Of a stretch of 64,000 nt of DNA, positions 26,977-36,740 are shown piece after piece (position 1 is the first letter of the stretch; the number at the start of each line of letters is the position of its first letter). Under the pieces are notes generated by a model. The model was not told the origin of the DNA and made no database searches. It was given only the letters and a program-made list of their open reading frames with translations. The position numbers and the translations under genes were made by a program. The stretch covers positions 15,353-79,352 of the forward strand of contig CATLAM010000001.1 of the NCBI GenBank assembly GCA_949878485.1, given 5' to 3'. The DNA is from an uncultured Eubacteriales bacterium. Its GTDB lineage: Bacteria; Bacillota; Clostridia; Christensenellales; UBA1242.

Positions 26977-29327
26977 CAGTTTTTCTCCGTTGATTTTTTA
27001 ATTAATAAAAGTTTGTTGTATAAAGAAGAGTCAGTCAAAGGTTTTTTAACATTTTTATTCTGTGTAATTTGCAGATAAGTTTCCCCGCCAACAAAAATTA
27101 AACCCAACTGCTTAAACACCAAAAATGCCACAAAAAAGGTGTCAAAATTGATGTTTTCCTTCATTTTTTGCTGATAAACATCAAAAATGGTGTAACAACT
27201 TGAAAAATTTCTTGAAGTCAAAACTTTAAAAACTTTGGCAAAAGTTTCTCTGGAAAGGTCAAGATTTGCATATCTTTCTGTGTCCATTGTTCTTTCAACA
27301 GGAAGAAAAATTTCAGCATTTGTCACTGTCTGAAGTTCGGCAATAAAACCTTCATCCAAAACAGGAGAAAGGAAAACTATGTTGTTGAAATTCTTTGCCC
27401 ATTCCGTTCCAACAGGCGAAAGAAGCAAACTGTTAAACCCACTGCATTCTTCATCGAAAATACCAATATGGTAAATGTTATCCTTCGAAAAACTTTTTGA
27501 AAAATTGACAAAATCATAAGCCGAATAGCACACAAACGCTGTGCCAAAAACACTGTGTTGTGTTCTTGCAACAAACTGCAAAAATTGGTCTTTCAAAAAA
27601 TAAGAAAATTTTGCAGGTCTGTTTTCGTTATATTCAAGTTGTTGATATTGAATTGGATATGTGAACATATGAGCGTTTTCCACAATGAAACTTCCCATGT
27701 CAAATTCATCAACAACACCCTTTTTCCCTTCCCCTTGAAATTCAAAAATAAACGATTTATATCTTGCAAATTTTAAAGCATTGTAACTTTGCGTGAAGTT
27801 GAAATAAATAAGTTCCAAATCATCAATTTTGACATCACAATGTGTTGGGCAATATTTTCTTGGTTTAATTTCCACATTCTCTGCACTGATTCTAAACTTA
27901 GGACGCGTGTTTCCGCAACCAAAAGGTTCCAGCATTTTCAACTCTTCCAAAAATTGGTCAGTGATTTCACTTGATTTAATGTCAAGGTCATAATATTTAA
28001 TTGGCATAAAAACTTTGTCATTAACTTTTTCAAAAACAAAAGAGTTTACTCTGTTGCAAAAATCTTCATAATTTTTTCTTTTAAGAGTCAACCCTGCAGC
28101 CATGGTGTGGCCACCAAAAGTTTCCAAAATGTCTGGCATACTTGACAAGAGTTCGTGAATGTTTATGTCATCAATGCTTCTTCCTGAGCCATGCAAAGTG
28201 TCGCCAACTTGTGAAAACAAAAACACAGGTCGGTTATACATCTCCACCAGCCTTGCACAAGCAATTCCCAATATTCCTTGGTCCCAAACCTTGGAAGCAA
28301 GACAAATAACTCTTTTTGTTGAAAGGTCAATTTTAGAAATCGCTTTTTGACAATCTTCCATAATCTTTGAAGAAAGTTCTTGTCTTTTTTGATTATGCTT
28401 TTTAATTTTTTCGATATAAGTAAGTGCCTCTGCAACATCTTCTGTCATATAAAGCATCAAACTGTCGCCCGCATCCCCCATTCTTCCTGAAGAATTAATC
28501 TTAGGTGCAATTTTAAAAGCAATGTCAGTGGATGTCACACTTGAAAGTGATAACTTATTGTCTTTAAACAAAAGTTTCAACCCAACAGGCAACTTGTCAA
28601 GACTTTTAAGTCCGCGTTTAACAATGTTTCTGTTTTCACCAGTAAGTGAAACGATGTCTGCAATGGTGGCAACCGCCGCAATAGGCAAAAATTCTTCTGC
28701 TTTTTTCTGCCCAAGAAGTGCTTCTGAAATTTTGTATGCAAGCCCAGTTCCACAAAGTTCTGTGAAAGGATAGTCCTGTCCTTCAATTTTGGCATTTAAA
28801 ACAATGGTGTCTGGAAGCACATCAGGGATTTCATGGTGGTCAGTCACGCAAATTTCAATACCTTTTTCTTTGGCATATTTAACTTCTTCTGCACACGAAA
28901 TGCCACAATCCACCGTTATGATTAAATCAGGGGCATATTTCTTTTCTATCTTGTCAATTACATCGCATGTTAAACCATAACCGTCTACATAACGGTTAGG
29001 AAGATAATATTGTGCATCGATACCCAGTTTCTTGAGTGTTTTAAGCATTATGGCAGTGGCACTGATTCCGTCCACATCATAATCGCCAAAAATAAGCACC
29101 TTGTCGCCAAGTTGTTTTGCCAAATGTATTCTTTCACACAACTGCTTCATATTTCTGATTAAAAACGGGTCAAGCAGTTTACACACTGAAAGATATTCTT
29201 CAATTTCTTGCTGACTTGAAAGTCCTTTAGATAAAATTAAATACATTGTAGTTGGCAAAACATTGAATTTTCTTGCATACTCAACACACAGGTCGGCATT
29301 TTTGTTAAAAAACTTTTTGAAAATCAT
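26976..29327 (-). CDS. recJ: single-stranded-DNA-specific exonuclease RecJ
   Basis: DHH family motifs 'GDYDVDGISA', 'TVDCG' and 'VTDHHE', in a 783-aa long Firmicute-type form. Confidence 0.9.
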   Translation of the reverse strand: MIFKKFFNKNADLCVEYARKFNVLPTTMYLILSKGLSSQQEIEEYLSVCKLLDPFLIRNMKQLCERIHLAKQLGDKVLIFGDYDVDGISATAIMLKTLKKLGIDAQYYLPNRYVDGYGLTCDVIDKIEKKYAPDLIITVDCGISCAEEVKYAKEKGIEICVTDHHEIPDVLPDTIVLNAKIEGQDYPFTELCGTGLAYKISEALLGQKKAEEFLPIAAVATIADIVSLTGENRNIVKRGLKSLDKLPVGLKLLFKDNKLSLSSVTSTDIAFKIAPKINSSGRMGDAGDSLMLYMTEDVAEALTYIEKIKKHNQKRQELSSKIMEDCQKAISKIDLSTKRVICLASKVWDQGILGIACARLVEMYNRPVFLFSQVGDTLHGSGRSIDDINIHELLSSMPDILETFGGHTMAAGLTLKRKNYEDFCNRVNSFVFEKVNDKVFMPIKYYDLDIKSSEITDQFLEELKMLEPFGCGNTRPKFRISAENVEIKPRKYCPTHCDVKIDDLELIYFNFTQSYNALKFARYKSFIFEFQGEGKKGVVDEFDMGSFIVENAHMFTYPIQYQQLEYNENRPAKFSYFLKDQFLQFVARTQHSVFGTAFVCYSAYDFVNFSKSFSKDNIYHIGIFDEECSGFNSLLLSPVGTEWAKNFNNIVFLSPVLDEGFIAELQTVTNAEIFLPVERTMDTERYANLDLSRETFAKVFKVLTSRNFSSCYTIFDVYQQKMKENINFDTFFVAFLVFKQLGLIFVGGETYLQITQNKNVKKPLTDSSLYNKLLLIKKSTEKN

Positions 29328-29446
29328 GTCTTAAACCTTACTCTTATAAAGATATTATATAATTTTTTGACGTTTTAAGCAAACAAATTCGTAAATAAAT
29401 ATATATTTTTTATTTTATAATATTTTATAATTCTTTAATAAATAAT

Positions 29447-29475
29447 TTGACTAATTTGACTTAACATGCTAGAAT
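29447..29475 (+). promoter_or_regulatory. sigma-A-type promoter of the aspS-gatCAB operon
   Basis: -35 TTGACT (29447-52), 17-nt spacer, extended -10 TGcTAGAAT (29467-75). Confidence 0.55.
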
Positions 29476-29501
29476 AGTGTTGAAACTTTATGGAGCATTA
29501 A

Positions 29502-29555
29502 ATGGACAAACAGAATAATCAAAACAACAATAATTTAAGCAGAGATATTTTTTAG
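29502..29555 (+). promoter_or_regulatory. candidate leader peptide ORF MDKQNNQNNNNLSRDIF (6 Asn, 2 Gln, 2 Asp codons)
   Basis: GGAG at 29492-95 lies 6 nt before the ATG. There are 17 codons and a TAG stop. It lies between the promoter and a terminator hairpin upstream of aspS. Confidence 0.4.
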
Positions 29556-29592
29556 AAAATGTTTCTTTTACGCTGTTGTTCTGTCGTTCAAG

Positions 29593-29621
29593 CGGAGTAG
29601 GAGAAAACTATTCCGTTTTTT
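29593..29621 (+). terminator. leader (attenuator) intrinsic terminator 19 nt before the aspS start
   Basis: CGGAGTAG-GAGAAAA-CTATTCCG (8 bp including one G-T pair) is followed by TTTTTT. The aspS SD AAGGAG follows. Confidence 0.6.
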
Positions 29622-29639
29622 AATAAAAGGAGAAAAAAT

Positions 29640-31388
29640 ATGAGCCAGATTTCACAAAACATTTACAGAACCCACACTTGTGGAGAATTAAGAAAAGAAA
29701 ATGATGGTCAAACTGTCACCTTAAGCGGTTGGATTAACACCATTCGTGATCATGGTGGCATTACTTTCATTGACCTTCGTGACCATTATGGAAGAACACA
29801 ACTTGTCCTTAACTCTTTGCCTGCCTTCAAACTTTCAAAAGAAAGTGTCATCAAAGTGGAAGGAAAAGTTCGTATGCGTTCGGACAACAATTTCAACGAA
29901 AAACTTCCAACAGGACAAATTGAAGTTGTGGCAGATAAAATTGAATTGCTTGGAGAATGCAAGCAAACTCTTCCATTTGAAATTGAAAACAGCAGAAATG
30001 TCAATGAAGAAGTGCGTCTTAAATACAGATTTTTGGATTTAAGAAATCCAGAACTTCAAAACAATATCATTTTCCGTTCAAAAGTTATTCAAGATTTAAG
30101 AAACGAAATGATTGCACTTGGATTTAACGAAATTCAAACCCCTATCTTGACAGTTTCTTCACCAGAAGGTGCAAGAGACTACATCGTTCCAAGCAGATTG
30201 CACCCAGGAAAATTCTATGCTCTTCCACAAGCACCACAACAATTTAAACAACTTTTGATGGTTGCTGGAATGGATAAATATTTCCAAATTGCACCTTGTT
30301 TCCGTGATGAAGACGCTCGTGCTGACAGATGCCCTGGGGAATTCTATCAACTTGATATGGAAATGAGTTTCGCAACACAAGAAGATGTGTTCGCTGTAAT
30401 GGAAACAGTTTTGCCAAAAATCTTTGAAAAATACGGCAAAAGCAAAGTTGACCATGTTCCTTTCGTTCGCATTCCTTATCGTGAAGCCATGGATAAATAT
30501 GGCACAGACAAACCTGACCTTAGAAACCCACTTGTGATTACAAACATCACAAATGTTTTCAGACAAACAACATTCAAAGCATTTGAAAACAAAACAGTTA
30601 AAGCTATTTGTGCCCCAGCCGCTTCTCTTCCAAGAAGAGGTTTTGACGAACTTACAAACTTTGCTTTGGAAAACGGAGCAAAAGGTCTTGCATGGGTTAA
30701 AGTTGGAGAAAACAACGAACTTACTGGACCAATCATCAAGTTTATGACTGAAACAGAACAAAAAGAAATGATTGAAACTTTGAACGCAAAAAATGGAGAT
30801 GCCATTTTCATTGTTGCTGACGAAGACAAAGTTTGTGCAAAAGTGCTTGGACTTTTAAGAACAATGCTTTGTGACAAACTTGGACTTTTGGAAACAGGAG
30901 TTTACAAATTCTGTTGGATTGTTGATTTCCCTATGTATGAACTTAATGAAGAAAGTGGCGAAATAGATTTTTGTCACAACCCATTCAGCATGCCACAAGG
31001 TGGTTTAGAAGCTCTTGAAACAAAACAACCACTTGACATTTTGGCTTATCAATATGACATCATCGTAAATGGTGTGGAACTTTCTTCTGGTGCTGTTCGT
31101 AACCATGACATCAACATCATGCTTAAAGCATTTGAAATTGCTGGCTATGACGAAAAAACAATCGAATCAAAATTCTCCGCACTTTACAACGCTTTCAAAT
31201 TTGGTGCTCCACCTCACGCAGGCATTGCACCAGGTGTTGACAGAATGATTATGCTTCTTTTGGAAGAAAGTTCAATTCGCGAAGTTGTAACCTTCCCTAT
31301 GAACAAGAAAGCACAAGATCTTATGATGAATGCCCCAGGAGAAGTTACAGAAAAACAACTTAGAGAAGTCCACATAAAACTTAGATAA
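29640..31388 (+). CDS. aspS: aspartyl-tRNA synthetase (bacterial type)
   Basis: Class II motifs 'CFRDEDARADRCPGEFYQLDME' and 'GIAPGVDRMIMLL', 582 aa. Confidence 0.95.
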   Translation: MSQISQNIYRTHTCGELRKENDGQTVTLSGWINTIRDHGGITFIDLRDHYGRTQLVLNSLPAFKLSKESVIKVEGKVRMRSDNNFNEKLPTGQIEVVADKIELLGECKQTLPFEIENSRNVNEEVRLKYRFLDLRNPELQNNIIFRSKVIQDLRNEMIALGFNEIQTPILTVSSPEGARDYIVPSRLHPGKFYALPQAPQQFKQLLMVAGMDKYFQIAPCFRDEDARADRCPGEFYQLDMEMSFATQEDVFAVMETVLPKIFEKYGKSKVDHVPFVRIPYREAMDKYGTDKPDLRNPLVITNITNVFRQTTFKAFENKTVKAICAPAASLPRRGFDELTNFALENGAKGLAWVKVGENNELTGPIIKFMTETEQKEMIETLNAKNGDAIFIVADEDKVCAKVLGLLRTMLCDKLGLLETGVYKFCWIVDFPMYELNEESGEIDFCHNPFSMPQGGLEALETKQPLDILAYQYDIIVNGVELSSGAVRNHDINIMLKAFEIAGYDEKTIESKFSALYNAFKFGAPPHAGIAPGVDRMIMLLLEESSIREVVTFPMNKKAQDLMMNAPGEVTEKQLREVHIKLR

Positions 31389-31399
31389 ATGGAGTAAAT

Positions 31400-31672
31400 A
31401 TGGATAAAATTGAACATTTAGAATATCTCAGCAAACTGGAATTTACTGGCGAAGAAAAAGAAAATTTTAAAAAAGAATTTGAAAACATCTTAAAATTCGT
31501 GGATGAGATTGCAAGTTTAGAACTTCCAGAAGGTCTTGATAAAGACACACCAATCACGCTTGACGATCTTAGAACAGACGAGCCACAAGCAAGCATTCCA
31601 CAAGAAGAAGCACTTTCAAATGCACCAAAACAAAAGGACGGATGTTACCTAACTCCGCTGGTGGTGGAATAA
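31400..31672 (+). CDS. gatC: Asp/Glu-tRNA amidotransferase subunit C
   Basis: 90 aa, 'LSKLEFTGEEKENFKKEFENILKFVDEI', located between aspS and gatA. Confidence 0.9.
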   Translation: MDKIEHLEYLSKLEFTGEEKENFKKEFENILKFVDEIASLELPEGLDKDTPITLDDLRTDEPQASIPQEEALSNAPKQKDGCYLTPLVVE

Positions 31673-33093
31673 TGAATTTTTCAGAATTGACAGTTTTGCA
31701 AATTAAAGATTTAATTGCAAACAAAAAAGTGACAAGTGAAGAAGTTGTAAAACACTTCATAAAAGTTTGCGAAGATAAAAAAGTTTTAAACGCTGTTGTT
31801 GAAATTTTTTATGACGCCATTGACAGAGCAAAAGAAATCGACCAAAAAATTGCAAAAGGCGAAAAAATTGGCGCTCTTGCTGGCGTTCCTGTTGCAATTA
31901 AGGACAACATTTTATTTAAAGGCAAAAAAATGGGTTGTGCAAGTAAATTCTTGCAAGATTTTGTCGCACCTTACACATCAACAATTGTTGAAAAATTGTT
32001 AAAAGAAGATGCCATAATCATCGGCAGAACAAACATGGATGAATTTGCCATGGGTTCAAGTTGTGAAAACACCTGTTATGGTGCTTGCCACAACGCACTT
32101 AACCCAGAATATGTTGCTGGCGGAAGCAGTGGCGGAAGTGCATCTGCTGTTACTGGCGGTCTTGTGCCTTGTGCAATCGGAACAGACACAGGTGGCTCTA
32201 TTCGTCAACCTGCATCACTTTGCGGAATTGTAGGTGTGAAACCAACTTATGGAACAGTTTCAAGATTTGGGATTGTCGCTTTTGCAAGTTCACTTGACCA
32301 AGCGTCACCTTTAACAAAAGATATAGAAAGTTCACTTTATGTGCTTAAAATCATGGCTGGAAAAGATGCTCATGACGGCACAACCATAGACAACAAATTT
32401 GAAAAGAATTTAAAACAAAAATACACTCTTGGCGTTTGCAAACAACTTATGCAAACATTTAAAAATGCATCAAACGACAAACATTTCGATGAAACGATTG
32501 AAAAATTAAAGAACAATTTTGATATTGTTGAAGTGGATGTTCCACACATAACAAATTCATTGGCTTCTTATTACATCCTTGCTCCAGCGGAAGCGACATC
32601 CAACCTTGCTCGTTTTGACGGAGTTAAATATACTCGCCGTGCAGAAAACACAAAAGACCTTGAAAGCGTTTATGTAAAAAGCAGAAGTGAAGGTTTTGGG
32701 AAAGAAGTTAAACGCAGAATTATGCTTGGTAACTTTGTTTTATCAAGTGGATATTTTGACGCATATTACAACAAAGCAAAAAAAGTTCAACGCCTTATAA
32801 GACAAGAATTAAAGGAAGCATTTAAAGCATGCGATGCAATAATTATGCCAACAACATTTGGAACTGCGTTTAAACTTGGAGAAAAACTTAATAACCCACT
32901 TGCCATGTATCTTGAAGATTTGTTTACAGTGCCAGCAAACATTGCAGGAATTCCTGCAATTTCCGTGCCTTATGCAACAGCAGATAACGGTTTACCACTT
33001 GGTATGCAATTCTTTGCTGATGAAAGAGAAGAAGAAAAGATGTATGACATTGCAAAAACCTTTGAACAAACAATTAAAGGGGGTGCTTTATGA
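31672..33093 (+). CDS. gatA: Asp/Glu-tRNA amidotransferase subunit A
   Basis: Amidase signature 'GGSSGGSASAV'. The start is at ATG 31672 (TAATG overlap with gatC). Confidence 0.95.
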   Translation: MNFSELTVLQIKDLIANKKVTSEEVVKHFIKVCEDKKVLNAVVEIFYDAIDRAKEIDQKIAKGEKIGALAGVPVAIKDNILFKGKKMGCASKFLQDFVAPYTSTIVEKLLKEDAIIIGRTNMDEFAMGSSCENTCYGACHNALNPEYVAGGSSGGSASAVTGGLVPCAIGTDTGGSIRQPASLCGIVGVKPTYGTVSRFGIVAFASSLDQASPLTKDIESSLYVLKIMAGKDAHDGTTIDNKFEKNLKQKYTLGVCKQLMQTFKNASNDKHFDETIEKLKNNFDIVEVDVPHITNSLASYYILAPAEATSNLARFDGVKYTRRAENTKDLESVYVKSRSEGFGKEVKRRIMLGNFVLSSGYFDAYYNKAKKVQRLIRQELKEAFKACDAIIMPTTFGTAFKLGEKLNNPLAMYLEDLFTVPANIAGIPAISVPYATADNGLPLGMQFFADEREEEKMYDIAKTFEQTIKGGAL

Positions 33094-34511
33094 GTTTTTT
33101 AGAACAATATGATGTTGTAATCGGTTTGGAAATCCATGCCGAACTTAACACAAAAACAAAAGTTTTTTGTGGCTGCAAAAACCAATTCGGTCAAACACCA
33201 AACACAAACACCTGCCCTGTTTGCACAGGAATGCCAGGGGCATTACCAATCTTAAATAAACACGCTGTAGAACTTGCCATAAAATCTGGGCTTTCATTTG
33301 GATGTGAAATTTCTCCTTATTCAGTGTTTGAAAGAAAAAATTATTTCTATCCAGATTTAAGCAAAGCATATCAAATAAGCCAACTTGTTTATCCCCTTTG
33401 TGTTGGTGGTCACATAACACTTGACAGCGGAAAAACAATTCGCCTTAACAGAATTCATTTGGAAGAAGATGCTGGAAAACTCACCCACCTTGGAAAAGCA
33501 ACAGGCTCACTTGTTGATTATAACCGTGGTGGCACTCCACTTATTGAAATGGTTACAGAGCCAGATTTGTCGTCAGCAAACGAAGCAGTTGAATTTTTGA
33601 AGAAAGTCCGTGAAGCACTTATCTTTGAAGAAATTGCAAATTGTAAAATGGAAGAAGGCGGAATGCGTTGCGATGTCAACCTTTCATTGATGAAAAAAGG
33701 CAGTAAAGAATATGGCACAAGAACAGAAATGAAAAACCTTAACTCTTTCAAAAGTGTTCAAAGAGCCATTGAATACGAAGCCGAACGCCAAGCAGAAGTG
33801 CTTGCTTCTGGCGGAGTAATTGTTCAAGAAACAAGAAAATGGGATGATGAAAAAGGCGAAAGTTTTGCCATGAGAAGCAAAGAACAAGCACAGGACTATC
33901 GTTATTTCCCTGACCCTGACTTGCTTCCAATTCAAATTTCAAAAGAAAACATAGAACACATCAAAAGTGAAATGGTTATGCTTCCAAGCGACCGAAGAAC
34001 TCGCTATATGGAAGAATTTGGACTGCCAGAATATGACGCCCAAATATTGACTTCAACAAGATATATCTCTGACTATTTTGAAAAGTGCGTTCAACATTTC
34101 AATGCTCCAAAGAAAATCAGCAACTGGATTATGGTTGACCTTCTTAAACTTGTTAAAGACCAAGAAGAATTCACCTTCCCTGTAAGCGAAGAACATCTTT
34201 CAACAATCATCAAAATGGTGGAAGAAAAAACAATAAACAAAACAGTTGGGCTTCAACTTTTGGATAAAGTCATTGAAACTGGAAAAGAGCCACTTGCCCT
34301 TGCCAAAGAAATGAATTTGCTTGTCACAATTACTGACGAACAAATCATTGAATTACTTGAAAAATTAAAGAGCGAAAATGCAAAGGTTGTTGACGACTTT
34401 AAGAAAACACCAGAAAAAGTAATCGGCTTTATTGTAGGTTATGTTATGAAAAACACTGGTGGAAAAGCCAACTCCAATCGCGTCCGCGAACTTATAGCCG
34501 AAAAATTTTAA
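33090..34511 (+). CDS. gatB: Asp/Glu-tRNA amidotransferase subunit B
   Basis: 'VIGLEIHAELNTKTKVFCGC...CPVCTGMPGALP', with an ATGA overlap with gatA. Confidence 0.95.
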   Translation: MSFLEQYDVVIGLEIHAELNTKTKVFCGCKNQFGQTPNTNTCPVCTGMPGALPILNKHAVELAIKSGLSFGCEISPYSVFERKNYFYPDLSKAYQISQLVYPLCVGGHITLDSGKTIRLNRIHLEEDAGKLTHLGKATGSLVDYNRGGTPLIEMVTEPDLSSANEAVEFLKKVREALIFEEIANCKMEEGGMRCDVNLSLMKKGSKEYGTRTEMKNLNSFKSVQRAIEYEAERQAEVLASGGVIVQETRKWDDEKGESFAMRSKEQAQDYRYFPDPDLLPIQISKENIEHIKSEMVMLPSDRRTRYMEEFGLPEYDAQILTSTRYISDYFEKCVQHFNAPKKISNWIMVDLLKLVKDQEEFTFPVSEEHLSTIIKMVEEKTINKTVGLQLLDKVIETGKEPLALAKEMNLLVTITDEQIIELLEKLKSENAKVVDDFKKTPEKVIGFIVGYVMKNTGGKANSNRVRELIAEKF

Positions 34512-34533
34512 GGGTCAATTTCCCCTTTCATTT

Positions 34534-34567
34534 AAAAAAAGATGGTTTAACCATCTTTTATTTTTTT
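34534..34567. terminator. intrinsic terminator after gatB (convergent with ppa)
   Basis: AAAAGATGG-TTTA-ACCATCTTTT plus a T-run. Confidence 0.65.
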
Positions 34568-34610
34568 AATATATTTGTTCCAAATTTTACATATCAGAAA
34601 ATTGAAACCT

Positions 34611-35150
34611 TTATTTACCTTTCTTTCCAAAAGTTTTCTTATATAATTCTTTGGCATTTTTAATGCATTCAATTGCATCTTCTCTGCCACCAAGTTTCCC
34701 TATGTTAACTTTCTTGTTTTCAAGTTGTTTGTAAACTGTTAAAAAGTGCATAAGTTCATCGAAAATATGTTGAGGCAACGCATTAATGTCACGATAACAA
34801 TTATAAGATGGGTCAGCAAAAGGTATTGCAATAATCTTTTCGTCATGTTCTCCCCTGTCAAGCATGCTGACAACACCAATAGGATAGCAACGAACAAGAC
34901 TGTTCATCTTTATTGATTCACTGCAAAGCACAAAAACATCCAAAGGGTCTTTGTCATCACAATAAGTCTTTGGAATAAAACCATAGTTCATAGGATAGTG
35001 TGTTGCAGTATAAAGCACTCTGTCCATAATGATAAGCCCAGTTTCTTTGTCAAGTTCATATTTAACTTTACACCCTTTTTCAATTTCAATAAAAGCAATA
35101 AAGTCATCAGGTGCAATTCTTTTTTCGTCAATTTCTTTCCAAATATTCAT
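34611..35150 (-). CDS. ppa: family I inorganic pyrophosphatase
   Basis: 'KVKYELDKETG' and 'DPLDVFVL', 179 aa. Confidence 0.9.
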   Translation of the reverse strand: MNIWKEIDEKRIAPDDFIAFIEIEKGCKVKYELDKETGLIIMDRVLYTATHYPMNYGFIPKTYCDDKDPLDVFVLCSESIKMNSLVRCYPIGVVSMLDRGEHDEKIIAIPFADPSYNCYRDINALPQHIFDELMHFLTVYKQLENKKVNIGKLGGREDAIECIKNAKELYKKTFGKKGK

Positions 35151-35484
35151 TTCATCTTCTCCGTAAAATTATTTTTCTTTTTCAAGCATAATATTATAAA
35201 ACAAAACAACTTTATTTGTCAAATTAAAAAGATATATCATAAAAATATTAATTACATAAATTTATGTAAAACACTTGCCAAAAAACTTTTTTTATGATAA
35301 AATAATGCGGTAGCAATTAAAAAATGCCGAAGTGGCGGATAACTCATCAAAATAATTTTAGAAACATAAAATTGATTATCACACTTTCGACAATAAGCAT
35401 CGTTTAATCGTTGCGAAGAAACTTTGTTTCTTCTAGTGCAGACGGTGCGCCTGCCATTCCATATGGCAAAACTCAATTTAATAT

Positions 35485-35570
35485 GCCGAAGTGGCGGAAT
35501 GGCAGACGCACGGGACTCAAAATCCCGCGAGGGCAACTTCATGTGGGTTCGACTCCCACCTTCGGCACCA
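35485..35570 (+). tRNA. tRNA-Leu(CAA), type II with long variable arm and encoded CCA
   Basis: GCCGAAG acceptor pairs with CTTCGGC. D-arm is GGCGGAATGGCAGACGC. The anticodon stem-loop CGGGA-CTCAAAA-TCCCG carries anticodon CAA. There is a long variable arm and the T-arm GTGGGTTCGACTCCCAC. Length is 86 nt. Confidence 0.9.
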
Positions 35571-35684
35571 GTAACTATGCAAAGCATAGTTTTTTTATTT
35601 CTTAAACAAAAACAGGAAATATTTAAACCATGTTGACGATTATTACTTCAATTTACAACTTTATAAAAACTTAATTATATAATT

Positions 35685-35708
35685 AAAAAACTAGGATAAC
35701 TCCTAGTT
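35685..35708 (-). terminator. intrinsic terminator after the 35713-36657 gene
   Basis: The minus strand reads AACTAGGA-GTTA-TCCTAGTT-TTTT. Confidence 0.5.
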
Positions 35709-35712
35709 CTTT

Positions 35713-36657
35713 TTAAGCCTTTGTTTTATCTTTTCCAATTTTGATTCCATGAGTTTTTAAAGGCAATTTTGAGATATTCTTTAAAATAGATTTTGAATGT
35801 AACCCTAACATAGCATCATCTTTATATACAAGAGAATTATATGCGAATGCATAAGGCAAATAATATTCTCCATTAACTTCAGAATTTTTTAATGACCTGT
35901 TTAAAAACTTATATAATTGAACTTTAATATCATAACTATCTGTGATAACATCATTTTTGTTTTTCTTTTCTATGGTCAATGTGTGACAAGGTTTTGGATA
36001 TGAAATTCTTAAAGCGCCATCCACAAAATATCTTAAATTAAGAAATTCATAGGCATCCATAGGGCTTTTTGAATCTTTATAAGCGTTTAAATACGCAGAT
36101 TGAGCATTAATTAAATTCTTTACATAAACAGTGTTATTGAAAATTTTGTCAAATTTATGTTGGATTATTTTAAGTTCCTCAATGCTTTTTAAATAAAATC
36201 CTAAACTTTCAATTGATCTTGACATTGAAAAAAGATATCCGTCATTGAGATGCATTTTATCAATAAGTGTTTTAATAGAAAATTTTTCGTTTCCAACATC
36301 AATCATATCATGTAAATGTAATCCAGCAATTATTTTCAAAATTTCAGGATTTTCTTTGTTTCCATGTTCTTCAAACTTACTTGCATATTCGCGCACATCT
36401 TCATCCAATTTGCCAACATTAAAAAGATAATAAGCAAGTGCAGAATTGCAACCATTTAAAGCAAGAGTCTTCATAGCGTCTTTAACATTGTCAAAATTTA
36501 AAGATATTTCAGAAAATGAAGCAAGTTTCAAAAAATCTTCATATGCATCATTAAATCTTTTTTCTTCCAATTTTATTCTTAATTCTTCTCTTGAATTTGT
36601 TGAATCAAGAATATTCATTATTTTCAATTCATTATTATCATTTCCATAAAACTTCAT
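35713..36657 (-). CDS. hypothetical protein, tandem paralog 1
   Basis: It starts 'MKFYG' (GGGAG SD). It shares 'DFLKLAS', 'ALAYYLFN', 'AGLH.HD' and 'YYLPYA..Y.SLV(Y/H)K' with the neighbouring ORF. Confidence 0.6.
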   Translation of the reverse strand: MKFYGNDNNELKIMNILDSTNSREELRIKLEEKRFNDAYEDFLKLASFSEISLNFDNVKDAMKTLALNGCNSALAYYLFNVGKLDEDVREYASKFEEHGNKENPEILKIIAGLHLHDMIDVGNEKFSIKTLIDKMHLNDGYLFSMSRSIESLGFYLKSIEELKIIQHKFDKIFNNTVYVKNLINAQSAYLNAYKDSKSPMDAYEFLNLRYFVDGALRISYPKPCHTLTIEKKNKNDVITDSYDIKVQLYKFLNRSLKNSEVNGEYYLPYAFAYNSLVYKDDAMLGLHSKSILKNISKLPLKTHGIKIGKDKTKA

Positions 36658-36740
36658 TTGGCACTCCCTAACTGACACATTATAACATTTTTAAACCAAT
36701 AATACAATATCTTATTTTAAAATATTTTGACTTTTTTAAT

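Noticed and set aside
29328-29639. A T-box riboswitch was expected upstream of aspS.
   Set aside because: I looked for the conserved T-box core (..GGTGGTACCGCG..) and a specifier-loop architecture and found neither. The leader is only about 160 nt. A profile search could still overturn this.
30159-30877. Long antisense ORFs inside aspS (200 aa and 133 aa). Similar ORFs occur inside rpoB/rpoC (e.g. 41418-41843, 43235-43654, 38586-39014), the VirB4-like gene (57568-58263) and the giant gene.
   Set aside because: They lie entirely within strongly supported genes on the opposite strand. They lack SD sequences and have low-complexity, Phe/Ser/Asn-rich composition typical of shadow ORFs in AT-rich DNA.
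35252-35636. ORFs on both strands overlapping tRNA-Leu (35252-35587, 35411-35605, 35424-35636).
   Set aside because: They are explained by the tRNA gene and its leader, and there are no coding signals.
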